Below, in pieces: positions 10,013-20,600 of a stretch of 32,572 nucleotides of DNA. The DNA comes from Myxococcota bacterium (GTDB lineage Bacteria; Myxococcota_C; UBA6777): the NCBI GenBank assembly GCA_023150835.1, contig JAKLKB010000069.1, positions 1-32,572 of the forward strand. The letters are read 5' to 3'. Each line of letters opens with the position of its first letter. Within the stretch, counting starts at the first letter, position 1. The notes under the pieces were generated by a model. It searched no databases, was not told the origin of the DNA, and saw only the letters and a program-made list of their open reading frames with translations. The position numbers and the translations under genes are program-made.

Positions 10013-10648
10013 TCAGCGGCTCTCTGAATGGCTTGTCTTGGCTGCTTGCACAAGACGAAGTTGAAAAAACAAGTAATCCAACATCGCCCACAGCGACGTC
10101 GGGTACAGCAACAAAAACGGGAGATGCCACCACTGCAAGGTTAGGGCGGTTTGCATCCACAATGTGCGAGGCGTCAACACAAACGAAACCACACACAAAA
10201 ATTGAATGGAAGTCACGATCTTCCCCGAAAGTCGGGCTTTAAATCGCGTTCGGATCTGGCTCATCTCGACATCACGACGAAAAAACAACAAAAACAACGG
10301 AATCGCCACAAGCACAAACACATCGCGCAACACCAACCCCACGATCATCCAAGGCCACAACATCCCACGCCACAACGCTGCAACCAAGAAAAAAAACACA
10401 AACAGCTTGTCGGCGATCGGATCAAGCGCCACACCGATCCCCGACTCTTGTTTCAAAAAGCGTGCAATCAAGCCGTCCAAAAAGTCCGTGACCGCTGCAA
10501 AAACCCCCAACACCAACAAAAACGGCAGCGAATCAAACGTCACCAACACCAACGGACTCACCACAATCCGCGAAAGAGTCAACAAGTTGGGGATCTGAAA
10601 GATCTCTTTCCACAAAACAACCTCCACATCGCCCGATAATAGGGGCAT
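10013..10648 (-). CDS. CDP-alcohol phosphatidyltransferase (PgsA/cardiolipin synthase-like)
   Basis: IPNLLTLSR and the signature TDFLDGLIAR...G-x-x-LDPIADK. Confidence 0.92.
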   Translation of the reverse strand: MPLLSGDVEVVLWKEIFQIPNLLTLSRIVVSPLVLVTFDSLPFLLVLGVFAAVTDFLDGLIARFLKQESGIGVALDPIADKLFVFFFLVAALWRGMLWPWMIVGLVLRDVFVLVAIPLFLLFFRRDVEMSQIRTRFKARLSGKIVTSIQFLCVVSFVLTPRTLWMQTALTLQWWHLPFLLLYPTSLWAMLDYLFFQLRLVQAAKTSHSESR

Positions 10649-10740
10649 TCAACATCTGCCTCTTTTTCAAAACATCCCCGATACTAGGCCGAGTCCTACA
10701 TCGAAAACAAGCCCCTCTAACCACACATCCATCCGTTGAA

Positions 10741-10862
10741 TGGGGCGCTGCCCCAAACCCCGCCATAGAGCGCGGCTCCCTTGACCCCGTATAGGCGAAG
10801 AGATCACCGTTTTTCAAACCAACGATGCTGTCGCTTGAACTGCCGCGAACACGGGTTTTTTT
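10741..10862 (+). repeat. Dispersed ~122-bp structured repeat, family A, copy 1
   Basis: Aligns without gaps to 13661-13782 (103/122 identical by hand count); starts with the TGGGGC-GCT-GCCCCA hairpin. Confidence 0.9.
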
Positions 10863-11050
10863 GAAAAAAGTGCCAACCCTATCACAATTCACTCAGCCTT
10901 TTTGCGCCTCTCGTTTTTCCAACCCAGCTTCTTTTCGCAACCCCTCCACACGGCCTTGCCCCACGCCACAAGATCCGCTACCGTTTTGCCCGCAGTTCCT
11001 CGACGCTCCCTCAAGCGCAAACCGTTTTTCCCCCAACCAAGAGGCCCACG

Positions 11051-13636
11051 ATGCTCCGACGATGGCTTTCCCTTTTCCTACCCGCGTTGCTCCTTGCTTC
11101 CCAAGCCAACGCAGACCACACCCAGCACAAGGTCAAACACGCACGCCTCGCTCCGTTCGCCCCCAAAAGCACTCCACCCCGTTATGCACGCGATCTCCCC
11201 TACCTGATCCAGCACCTCCGACTCGATCTCACCATCCACCCCCGCACGAAACGCATCCAAGGCGAAGCTCAATTGCGCATGAGCGCCAACGCTCGCCCCC
11301 TCTCCGAGATATCTCTTGACGCTGCCGAACTCCAGATTCAACAGATCTGGGTCAATCAACGGCTCGTCCGATGGGTCGGTCAAGATCACAAACTACACAT
11401 TCAACTCGGCGCAACATTTGGCCCAAAACAACCTTTTATCGTACGAATCACCTACCACGCTACTCCACGCACCGGGCTTCATTTCGTACACCCTGATAAA
11501 GATTACCCAAACAAACCTATGGTTGTTTTTTCTCAAGGAGAAAGCCAATACAATCGCTTTTGGTATCCTTCTTTTGATACAACAAATATGCGCTTTACTT
11601 CCGAAACTCGTTTTACTGTTCCCAAGGGCCTCGATGTCATCACCAATGGCCGCCTGATCTCGCGCACAACACAAGGCGAATGGACGACCGTCCATCACCT
11701 GATGGAACAAACCCATGTGAACTACCTTCTGTCTGTGGTTATCGGAAAATTCGCTGTGTACGCTCAATCATGGGACGGGATCCCGATTCGTAGCTTTGTC
11801 CATCCAAATGACCTCCACAAAGCACTTCGCTCTTTCCAAAATACACCTGACATGATGAAGTTTTTTTCTGAAAAACTTGCCTTTCGTTATCCTTATGCAA
11901 AGTACGATCAAGTGACGGTCCCTGATTTTGTGGCCGGTGGAATGGAGAATATCAGCGCCACGACGCTTACAGACGGAACCCTTCACGATGAGCGCGCTCA
12001 CCTTGACCGCCGCAGCGATGATCTTGTCGCTCACGAACTCGCGCACCAATGGTTCGGCGACCTGTTGACCTGCAAAGACTGGAGCCACATCTGGCTGAAC
12101 GAAAGCTTTGCCACTTACTTTAACCACCTCTACACCGAACACAGATTCGGGCGCGATGAATTTGACGCCCAGCGCTTGTTTTCACGCGAACGCTACCTGC
12201 ATCACTCCCCCTACCAACGGCCCATCGTCACACGGCGCTACTTCCATCCAAGCGATGTTTTCGATGGACACTCTTATCCCAAAGGAGCCGCTGTCTTGCA
12301 CATGATCCGCCGCCGCCTCGGTGAGGCGCTTTGGTGGAAAGCCATCCAACACTACGTCAGACGCCATGCCTTCGGACTGGTCGAAACGGATGATCTTCGT
12401 CGTGCTCTTGAAGATATCAGCGGAGACAATTGGGAACCTTTTTTTGACCAATGGATCTATCGTGCAGGGCACCCAGTCCTTGATTTTTCTTGGAAATACG
12501 ATGCAAAAAACAAGACCGTCACCGCAACCATTCAACAAAAAACCAAGCAGCCTTATACCCTTGAAACCGCGCTGACGATCTTCAATGCGGCCCAAGCCCG
12601 CCGCATCCTCCCCATCTCGCTGCATAAACCCAACGAAACCATCACCTTCCCCGCCCATCAACGCCCGCAGCTCATCGAGTTCGACGCCTCCTCCGACCTG
12701 CTCGCCGTGATCACTGCCCAAAAAAGCTGGCAAGAATCGCTCTTTCAGCTTCAACACGGCTCAAGCCTTCTCAGTCGCCTGCGTGCAGCGCGCTCCTTGC
12801 GCAAGCACCCCAACCAAGAGACCGTGCGCACGGCCTTAAAGCAGACGATTCTCCAAGAAAACCTCCATTGGAGCCTACGCAGCGAAGCCGCCCACACCCT
12901 CGCTCACCTACGCCAAGAGGCCGATTGCATCATCCTCCAAACCGCACTCCACGTCAAAGAAGCCCGAACACGCGCCGCCATCGCTCACGCCTTGGGCCGC
13001 TGCAAACAGATCGCCGATTCTTCCTTTCCTTTGCTTGCAAACCTCCTACGAAACGATATCGGATACTCGGTGCGCTCCGCAGCCACCGCATCCATCGCAG
13101 CCCTTCGCCACGCCTCAACATGGAAACTGCTTCTCGAAGCCTACGCCCAAACACTCGACAACGGAAGTATCCGCATCGCCGCCCTCCAAGGAATGATCGC
13201 GATCGAAGATCCCCGTGCGCTTCCCATCCTCCAACGCTCTCTTCAACGTGGACAACCCCGATTTGTCCGCCTCACCGCACTCACAGGCTTTGCAAAACTC
13301 GCCAAGTTCTTCCGTCACACCCCCCAAGCCGCTGATCTCGACACCCTTTTACCTCACCTCCAAGATCCCGATTCTTTTGTCCGAAATACCACCGTCTATG
13401 CCCTCGGAATCCTCGCCGATACACGAGCCATCCCCCACCTCCGCCGCTTTGCCGAACATGCCCCCACCGCCAATCGCTCCCGCGATACACAGCGCGCCAT
13501 CAAGGCCATCACCCAACAAGACGCTCTCAAACAACGCCTCCAAAGCCTCGGCAGCAGCCTCGAAGCCATCCGAAAAGAACAACGCAAATTGATCCAACGC
13601 CTCAAGAAAATGGAAGGTATTCGCTATCAAAAATAG
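11051..13636 (+). CDS. pepN: M1 family zinc aminopeptidase N with C-terminal HEAT-like repeats and coiled coil, signal peptide
   Basis: GGMEN, HELAHQWFGD...WLNESFA and YPKG motifs; HEAT-like helical repeats after ~aa 560. Confidence 0.93.
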   Translation: MLRRWLSLFLPALLLASQANADHTQHKVKHARLAPFAPKSTPPRYARDLPYLIQHLRLDLTIHPRTKRIQGEAQLRMSANARPLSEISLDAAELQIQQIWVNQRLVRWVGQDHKLHIQLGATFGPKQPFIVRITYHATPRTGLHFVHPDKDYPNKPMVVFSQGESQYNRFWYPSFDTTNMRFTSETRFTVPKGLDVITNGRLISRTTQGEWTTVHHLMEQTHVNYLLSVVIGKFAVYAQSWDGIPIRSFVHPNDLHKALRSFQNTPDMMKFFSEKLAFRYPYAKYDQVTVPDFVAGGMENISATTLTDGTLHDERAHLDRRSDDLVAHELAHQWFGDLLTCKDWSHIWLNESFATYFNHLYTEHRFGRDEFDAQRLFSRERYLHHSPYQRPIVTRRYFHPSDVFDGHSYPKGAAVLHMIRRRLGEALWWKAIQHYVRRHAFGLVETDDLRRALEDISGDNWEPFFDQWIYRAGHPVLDFSWKYDAKNKTVTATIQQKTKQPYTLETALTIFNAAQARRILPISLHKPNETITFPAHQRPQLIEFDASSDLLAVITAQKSWQESLFQLQHGSSLLSRLRAARSLRKHPNQETVRTALKQTILQENLHWSLRSEAAHTLAHLRQEADCIILQTALHVKEARTRAAIAHALGRCKQIADSSFPLLANLLRNDIGYSVRSAATASIAALRHASTWKLLLEAYAQTLDNGSIRIAALQGMIAIEDPRALPILQRSLQRGQPRFVRLTALTGFAKLAKFFRHTPQAADLDTLLPHLQDPDSFVRNTTVYALGILADTRAIPHLRRFAEHAPTANRSRDTQRAIKAITQQDALKQRLQSLGSSLEAIRKEQRKLIQRLKKMEGIRYQK

Positions 13637-13660
13637 GTGTCAATTGTTGGATAAGTTCGG

Positions 13661-13782
13661 TGGGGCGCTGTCCCATACCCCGCAAGGGAGCGCCGCTCCC
13701 TTGACCCTGTATTGGCGAACAGATCACTGTTTTTCAAACCAACGAAGCTCTCGCTTGAGGCGGCACGAACGCGGGATTTTTT
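13661..13782 (+). repeat. Dispersed repeat family A, copy 2
   Basis: Matches copy 1; contains the perfect hairpin CAAGGGAGC-GCC-GCTCCCTTG. Confidence 0.9.
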
Positions 13783-13986
13783 AGGCCAACTACGTCGCTC
13801 CAATATCACCATCGCGAAGAAACGGGCGGTAGGCGCAATCAAGCCGTCATAAAGCTTGACACAAGCTTCTCCTTTCGAGTAAGACTATCGCCGCCCGCGC
13901 TTTGACTCACAACGATCAAACAGGTGTTTTCGTGTGGACGCAACGCAAAGGTTTGGTCGTCTGTTTATGTTTGGAGGTTTTTTCCG

Positions 13987-14382
13987 ATGTCTGTTGGTAC
14001 AAAAAATCGTTCCTTTGTTTCCTTTGTGAAAATGGCTCTTTGGCTTGGTTTGATCGTTTGGATCGCCTCTGCTTGCGTGGGCGTTGATCCGATCTGCACA
14101 AGCGGCGGATGTACACAAAACTGTGTGGGTTCCTCCTGTCCATATACTTGCAAGGGCGGAAATTGCACGCAAAACTGCACGTCAGGAGCCAACTGCAACT
14201 TCTCATGCGAAGGCGGCAACTGCACGCAAAACTGCGCTCCCGGCGCAACCTGCAATATCTCTTGTGCGGGCGGAAACTGCAAGCAAAACTGCGACGCCAC
14301 CAGCACAAACTGCCAAATGCTTTGCACGGGTTCCAACTGCACGCAAAACTGCGCAAGCAACCCTTCCTGCACAGCCGCCTAA
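13987..14382 (+). CDS. Small Cys-rich repeat lipoprotein (five ~19-aa repeats C-x-GG-N-C-x-QN-C-x4-6-C)
   Basis: GGAGG at 13973-13977 before the ATG at 13987; signal peptide ending ASAC; 20 regularly spaced Cys in the mature part. Confidence 0.82.
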   Translation: MSVGTKNRSFVSFVKMALWLGLIVWIASACVGVDPICTSGGCTQNCVGSSCPYTCKGGNCTQNCTSGANCNFSCEGGNCTQNCAPGATCNISCAGGNCKQNCDATSTNCQMLCTGSNCTQNCASNPSCTAA

Positions 14383-14442
14383 CAAAAAGCTGACCCCTTG
14401 GGCTGGTTTCTGCTACACTTGCACCATCCAAAGGAGGTCGCG

Positions 14443-15546
14443 ATGAGTTCCATTCTCCCATCCCATCGATCAAATCGCTTGTTCTCGAAGGCTTTTCTTG
14501 CGCTTTGTTTGTTGTTTTGCACTGTGGCCTTCTCTGCTTGTCCCGAAGGTTCGGCCCAAGAGCCAAGCACCGAGAAAACCAACCCCCAAGAGATCGCCAA
14601 CGAGCCACACGAATCTCCCCATCCCATCGAGCTATCCAACGAGACGATCCAAGAAACGTCTCCCCCCGATGCAACGCTCCCCGATCCGCTCCCCGAAGAA
14701 CTCCCCCCCGAGTCCGTCGCAGAAGCCCTTCCGCCCGAAAGATCCACGCCCGAAGAGGCAGTCCCAGAAGCCACCCCCGACAGCTTTTGTGGTGACAAGC
14801 GCTGCGATCCCACCGAAACGCCGCAATCTTGCCCTCAAGATTGCCCTCGCTCGCTCTGGCAACCCAAGCCCGGCACAACGTGGCACTGGCAACTCTCGGG
14901 AAGCCTCGATATGAACGTCAATGCCCAAATGTACGATATCGATCTATTCGATACATCGGCCCAAACCATCGCCCAACTCCAAGCCAAAGGCCGTATCGTA
15001 ATCTGCTATTTTAGCGCGGGTTCTTACGAAGACTGGCGGCCTGACAAAGCCGCCTTTCCTGCCGCCGCCAAGGGCCTCAAAATGGACGGATGGGACGAGC
15101 TTTGGCTCGATATCCGTGCTGCGAGCGTGCGCGATATTATGCGAAAACGTCTCGATCTCGCGCAGCAAAAAGGCTGCAACGGTGTCGAACCTGATAACGT
15201 CGACGGCTACCAAAACAAGACGGGCTTTCCCTTGACCGCCCAAGATCAGCTCGACTTTAACCGCTTTCTCGCCAAAGAATCCCACCAACGCGGCCTATCG
15301 ATCGGCCTCAAAAACGATCTCGACCAAGTAAAACAGCTTGTGGGCGACTTTGATTGGGCCCTCAACGAAGAATGTCTCAGCTACAACGAGTGCAGCCTGC
15401 TCCAACCTTTCCTCGACGCAGGAAAAGCCGTCTTTCATGTCGAATATGATAAGACAAAGTCGCAAGTATGCCCCAAAGTCCCCACAGGATTCAGCAGCAT
15501 GATCAAACATTGGGATCTCGACGCTTGGGCGACCGTCTGTTGGTGA
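14443..15546 (+). CDS. Endo-alpha-1,4-polygalactosaminidase (GH114-like) lipoprotein with Pro/Glu linker and a Cys-rich motif
   Basis: Motifs W-x-WQL-x-G, YDIDLFD, ICYFSAGSYEDWRPD, GVEPDNVDGY, GLKND, WALNEEC and KAVFHVEY; lipobox FSAC; AAGGAGG RBS before the ATG at 14443. Confidence 0.92.
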   Translation: MSSILPSHRSNRLFSKAFLALCLLFCTVAFSACPEGSAQEPSTEKTNPQEIANEPHESPHPIELSNETIQETSPPDATLPDPLPEELPPESVAEALPPERSTPEEAVPEATPDSFCGDKRCDPTETPQSCPQDCPRSLWQPKPGTTWHWQLSGSLDMNVNAQMYDIDLFDTSAQTIAQLQAKGRIVICYFSAGSYEDWRPDKAAFPAAAKGLKMDGWDELWLDIRAASVRDIMRKRLDLAQQKGCNGVEPDNVDGYQNKTGFPLTAQDQLDFNRFLAKESHQRGLSIGLKNDLDQVKQLVGDFDWALNEECLSYNECSLLQPFLDAGKAVFHVEYDKTKSQVCPKVPTGFSSMIKHWDLDAWATVCW

Positions 15547-15579
15547 GCCTTCGATGTGTGAGGCTTTGCCCCATGCTTC

Positions 15580-15623
15580 ACTTATCAGAGGATCTCGCAA
15601 AACTTATCAGAGGATCTCGCAAA
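15580..15623. repeat. 22-bp tandem duplication ACTTATCAGAGGATCTCGCAAA x2
   Basis: Exact copies at 15580 and 15602. Confidence 0.9.
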
Positions 15624-15646
15624 GGCTCTTGAGCAAAGTGCCTTGC

Positions 15647-15834
15647 AAAAAAACACGTGTTCGCGCCCGACCAAGCGGCGCTGTTGTTTCGAGCTGTCCT
15701 GCGGTTACGATCTGCTTGAACGGTCCGCGCCCGACCAAGCGGCGCTGTTGTTGGTTTGAAAAACGTCGGATCTCTCCGCCGATACGGGGTCCAGAGAGCC
15801 GCGCTAAGGAAGTGGGGTTTGGGGCAACGCCCCA
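15647..15834 (-). repeat. Dispersed repeat family A, copy 3 (inverted, with internal duplication)
   Basis: Reverse complement reads TGGGGCGTTGCCCCAAACCCC...GACCCCGTATCGGCG...GTTTTTCAAACCAAC...GCGAACACGTGTTTTTTT; a 27-mer is repeated at 15662 and 15726. Confidence 0.85.
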
Positions 15835-15881
15835 TTCAAGAGATTTGAGACAACGCCCCATGCCAAGGGATTTGAGATCAT

Positions 15882-15991
15882 ACGAGATCCGCAGGGCGTG
15901 TGATCGCAAAGCGTAGGGGCAGACAGGTGTGGCTGCCCAACAATCGGGTGTCTACGCACGACTCTTCGATCACACATCACACGGATACCGT
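15882..15991. mobile_element. MITE-like element family B (TIR ACGARATCCG) with internal GTAG-REP hairpin
   Basis: Ends ACGAGATCCG...CGGATACCGT; internal GTAGGGGCAGACAGGTGTGGCTGCCC. Confidence 0.7.
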
Positions 15992-16165
15992 ATAACGCCT
16001 GCTCAACAATTCAACACATCGCTGCCTAATCTCCAAACATTTGTTTTGTCTTGATTTTTTGCGGGGGTGCTTGTGTGTGTTGGTGCTTCCGAGTAGCGTA
16101 TCGGGCGAAGTGGCTGATATCCCGAGAAGATGGGCAAAAAAAGCCAAAAAGCGGAGGGTTTGTTA

Positions 16166-17689
16166 ATGAAGCGTATCAAATTGGTGCTGTTTTGGGCCGC
16201 CGCCATCGCGTTGGTGGGCATCCTGATCTGGCAGTGGCGCAAGCCTGAGTCCAAGTCCAAGCGCGGACGTCGCGGAGGGAGTGTCGTCGTCGAAGTGGCC
16301 GACATCAAGCAAGGCGAGATCGTCGACGAGGGCCAATACATCGGCTCGTTGCTACCGCGTTATCAGTACACCGTAGCTCCGCAGATCGGCGGACGCCTCA
16401 GTCTGTTGAAGGTGCGCGTGGGCGACCAAGTGACGCCCAACCAACTGCTCGCAACCATCGAAAACAACGAAGTGATCCAACAAGTCGAGCAAGCTCTCGC
16501 CGAAGTCCGCGTCGCCAACGCCCAAGTGGACGAGCAAAAAAGCCGCTTGTCACGCGCCCACAAAGAATACCAACGAACAAGAGAACTGAGCCAAAAAAAG
16601 CTGGTCTCCCAAACCGACCGAGAAGCCGCTGAATCCAACTACAGGATCGAAGCAGCCAAGCTCAAAGTCGCGGAAGCGACACTGTCTCAAAAAAGTGCGC
16701 TGTTGCGTGCAGCCCGCGTCCGCTTGTCTTACACCCGCATCACTGCCCAATGGGTTCGCCGCCCACTCAGTTTACAGCAGCGCCGCGAATTGATGGAGGC
16801 AAGCGAACGGTTGGAAAGCAAAGAAGAAGCCAAAGCAGAAAACAAAGAAAACGGAATAGCGAAAAAAGAACCGAAAAAAAGTAAAAAGAAAGCCTCAAAA
16901 AAGGCATCCAAAAAAGCCTCAAAAAAATCTCCTGCGGCCTCCGTCAATCAAAAAAAGAACAGCAAAAACAACAAAAACAACGCAACGGCCAAGGCCGAAG
17001 AAAGCGATGGCTTTCGCTTGGTTGGTGAGCGTCTTGTGGATGAAGGGTCGCTGGTACAGCCGAATGCACCGATGCTGACATTGCTCGATATCCGATCTGT
17101 GATCGCCGTGATCTATGTGACAGAGAAAGACTACATCCGACTTCGTGTTGGGCAACCCGCGCACGCAACGACCTACGTCTACAAGAACCGCAGCTTTACA
17201 GGGCGCGTCGCCCGTGTCGCTCCATTGCTCAAAGATACATCACGCCTCGCCCGCGTCGAGATCGAGATCCCCAACCAAGATCTTTCACTCAAACCCGGGA
17301 TGTTTGTGCGGCTGCGCGTCGAATATGCCCGTCATACCAAAGCCACGCTCGTTCCTCGCATCGCACTGGTGCAACGTGAAACAGGTTTAGGTGTTTTTCG
17401 CATCGATCCAAAGAAAAAAACGGCGCACTTTATCCCTGTTCAATTGGGCGTCCAAACCCCCCAATTCAGCCAGTTATTGACGCCGCTGACGGGCCAAGTG
17501 GTCACGATGGGTTATCACTTGTTGCGCGAAGGCTCCAAGATCCAACTCGCCTCGGAAGTGGCCAAGCAAGGCAAAAAAGGCGGTAAGGGCAGTAAAAAAA
17601 GCAGAAAAGGCGGTAAAAAAGACGGAAAAGACACCGGGCAAGACAAACGCCAAAAAGACGGATCCAACCGCCCGCAAAAAGGAGGCTGA
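16166..17689 (+). CDS. RND efflux periplasmic adaptor (membrane fusion protein) with a Lys-rich insertion
   Basis: N-terminal TM, lipoyl half-motif GGRLSLLKVRVGDQV, coiled-coil hairpin, GRVARVAP and LKPGMF; GGAGG RBS before the ATG at 16166. Confidence 0.92.
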   Translation: MKRIKLVLFWAAAIALVGILIWQWRKPESKSKRGRRGGSVVVEVADIKQGEIVDEGQYIGSLLPRYQYTVAPQIGGRLSLLKVRVGDQVTPNQLLATIENNEVIQQVEQALAEVRVANAQVDEQKSRLSRAHKEYQRTRELSQKKLVSQTDREAAESNYRIEAAKLKVAEATLSQKSALLRAARVRLSYTRITAQWVRRPLSLQQRRELMEASERLESKEEAKAENKENGIAKKEPKKSKKKASKKASKKASKKSPAASVNQKKNSKNNKNNATAKAEESDGFRLVGERLVDEGSLVQPNAPMLTLLDIRSVIAVIYVTEKDYIRLRVGQPAHATTYVYKNRSFTGRVARVAPLLKDTSRLARVEIEIPNQDLSLKPGMFVRLRVEYARHTKATLVPRIALVQRETGLGVFRIDPKKKTAHFIPVQLGVQTPQFSQLLTPLTGQVVTMGYHLLREGSKIQLASEVAKQGKKGGKGSKKSRKGGKKDGKDTGQDKRQKDGSNRPQKGG

Positions 17690-17691
17690 GT

Positions 17692-20600
17692 ATGTCGCTC
17701 GCAGGTCTTTCGGTTCGCCGTCCAGTTCTGGTGTCCATGGTGACCTTGATCGCCGTGTTGCTTGGCGGGGTGGCCTTTTTTCGCCTTCCAGTAGACTTGA
17801 TGCCTGACGTGAGCTTTCCAACGCTCTCGGTGTCTTCGACGTATGAAAACGCAAGCCCCGAAGAGATCGAGCAATTGCTAACACGCCCTCTCGAAGAAGC
17901 CTTGAATGCCGTTCCCGGGGTTCAAGAAGTCTCCTCTGTTTCAATGGAAGGGAACTGCCAGATCCGTGTGACTTTTTCTTGGGGGATCGATCTCGAAGCA
18001 GCCGCCAACGATATACGAGATCGGATGGATCGGGTAATCGCAAAACTGCCCGAGCAAGCGACGCGCCCGACCATGCGCAAGTTTGACCCTGCCAGCCAAC
18101 CGATCCTGATCCTTGGCGTCTCAAGCGAGATCCCGATGATGCAAGCCAAACGCATCATCGAAGATCAAGTCAAACAACGCATCGAGCGAGTCCCCGGGGT
18201 CGCTTCCCTTGATATCCTTGGAGGCGATGAGCGCGAAGTCCATGTGGATATCTACACAGGCAAGATGCGTTCGCTTGGCTTGTCTCTCGATCAATTGCTG
18301 CAACGCCTGAAAGCCGAGAACTTAAATTCGCCCGCAGGACCGATCGAACGTGGAAATATTGAGGTCAACCTTCGTACGGTCGGGCAATATCAAAAACTCG
18401 AAGACCTTGAAAATACGGTGGTGTTTGTGCGCGATGGCGCACCGATCTATCTCAAGACGATCGCTCGCGTTTCCGACACGCGAAAAAAGCGCGCCCAAGT
18501 CGTGCGCGTCGATCGCAAACCCGGCATCCGCCTTGCGATCCAAAAACAAGCAGGGACCAACACCGTCGAAGTAGCGCGGCGCGTCTTAAAAGAACTCGAA
18601 GGCGTCAACCGCGATATCACGGCCCTATCGATCATCCCGATCACCGACAACTCCAAGTACATCGAACGCTCGATTAACAACATCGGAGAGTCCGTGTACT
18701 CGGGGGGCTTGTTGGCTGTTCTGGTGATCCTGTTATTTTTAAGAAACTTTCGCAGCACCATCGTTATCGCACTCTCGATCCCGATCTCGATTATTTGTAC
18801 CTTTGCGCTGGTGTATTTTGCGGGGTACACGCTGAACTTGATGACGCTTGGTGGATTGGCCCTTGGTGTCGGGATGTTGGTGGACAACTCGATCGTTGTT
18901 CTCGAAAATATCTACCGCCATCGCGAAGAAGGCGCATCGCCTATAGATGCGGCGATCCGAGGAGGCGATGAACTCACCGCCTCGGTTATCGCAAGCACAC
19001 TGACCACATTGGTGGTGTTTTTGCCGCTGATCTTTGCACGAGGCGTCTCGGGAGCCTTGTTTAAGCAACTTGCTTATGTGGTTGCCTTTGCGCTGGTTTG
19101 TTCGTTGGTGGTGGCGTTGACCTTGGTTCCGATGTTTGCGGCTCGCTTGTTGACGCAGGATGCCGACGCCCCAAAAGATCCGAAAAGCTGGAGTGTTCGG
19201 CTTTTTGCATTAAGCGAAAAAGTTTTAACAAGCATCGAGTCTTGGTATGGAAGAAGCCTTGGAAAAACCCTGAGCGCTCCCGGGACACTAATGGGCTCGG
19301 TGTTGTTGATGATGTTGGCGTCTTTGTTGTGCTTGAGGGGGATTGGTTTTGAGTTGATGCCCGCAGCCGACGAAGGCGAACTTCGGTTGAGTATCAAGAT
19401 GGAGCCCGGGATCCGCATCCCGATCATCGAAGAAAAAGTGCGGCAACTCGAAGAGATCGTGGCCAAGCGCGTTCCCGAACTGGTGAATATGGAGACACGA
19501 GTCGGCGGTGGGGGTTGGCGCGGGGGTGGAACCAACACGGGCGAGATCCGCATGGTGTTGTCACCACGCACGCAGCGCAAACGCTCATCGGAACAAGTGG
19601 CGGCCTCCTTGCTCCGAGATGTACAGAAGATCCCGGGGTTGACGGTGCGCGTGCGCGTCAGCAAAGGTCTGTTTGTGCTTCAACGTGCGATGGGCGGAGG
19701 TGATGAAAAGATCCAGCTTGAGGTGCGAGGATTTGACCTGAAAAAGACCAGCGAGATCGCCCGCAAGATCCAAGCGCTTGCAGAAGATATCCCGGGAGTG
19801 ACAGACGCACAGCTTAGTCAAACCGCCGAGTCGACCAATCCCGAACGATTCTTACAGATCGATCGCCAAAAAGCAGGCGAATTGAACCTGAGTGTCACAC
19901 AGATCGCCAACCTTCTCCAGACCGTATTCACAGGAACTGTCGTAGGCTACTACCGCGAAGACGGAAAAGAATATCCGATTCGTGTGCAGTTTCGCGATGC
20001 AAACAAGCTGTCGCTCGCCGAGATCGAGACCTTGACGCTCACAAGCAGCACCAACCAAGTCGTGCAGCTAGGAAGCATCTTGCGCAGCGAAAGCCGCCAA
20101 GGTCCCGGGCGGATCGAGCGGCGCGCCCAACAGCGCATCGTGACGCTCGCTGTCAACGTCGTCGGGCGCGACAACAGCGCGGTCGTCGAAGAACTTCGCC
20201 GCGCTATCGACACCCTGCCCAAACAGCCGGGGGTGTACGTTGCTTTTACAGGCGATCTAGAAGAGCAACAAAAAGCCTTTGTGGAGCTGATCTTTAGTAT
20301 CCTTCTGTCGCTGCTTTTGGTGTACATGGTGATGGCCAGTTTGTACGAAAACTTCTCTGATCCCTTTATCGTCATGGGTTCGGTTCCGTTGGCGGCCATC
20401 GGTGTGCTGGTCACGCTGTATTTGACCGATACTACGCTGAATATGCAGTCGATGATCGGTTGTATGATGCTCGGCGGGATCGTGGTCAACAACGCCATCC
20501 TCCTAGTGGACACCAGCAACCAGATGCGCCAAGAACACCCAAATATCGGCCTCAGCACCGTCCTTCAAGATGCTGCCACGCGCCGCTTGCGCCCGATCTT

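Noticed and set aside
13987-14382. Cys-rich peptide as a RiPP precursor
   Set aside because: It has a lipoprotein signal, and no radical SAM, LanM, YcaO or peptidase-transporter gene is nearby.
15580-15877. Short direct repeats as a mini CRISPR array
   Set aside because: Three unrelated repeat pairs, each only two copies; one overlaps a dispersed element; no cas genes.
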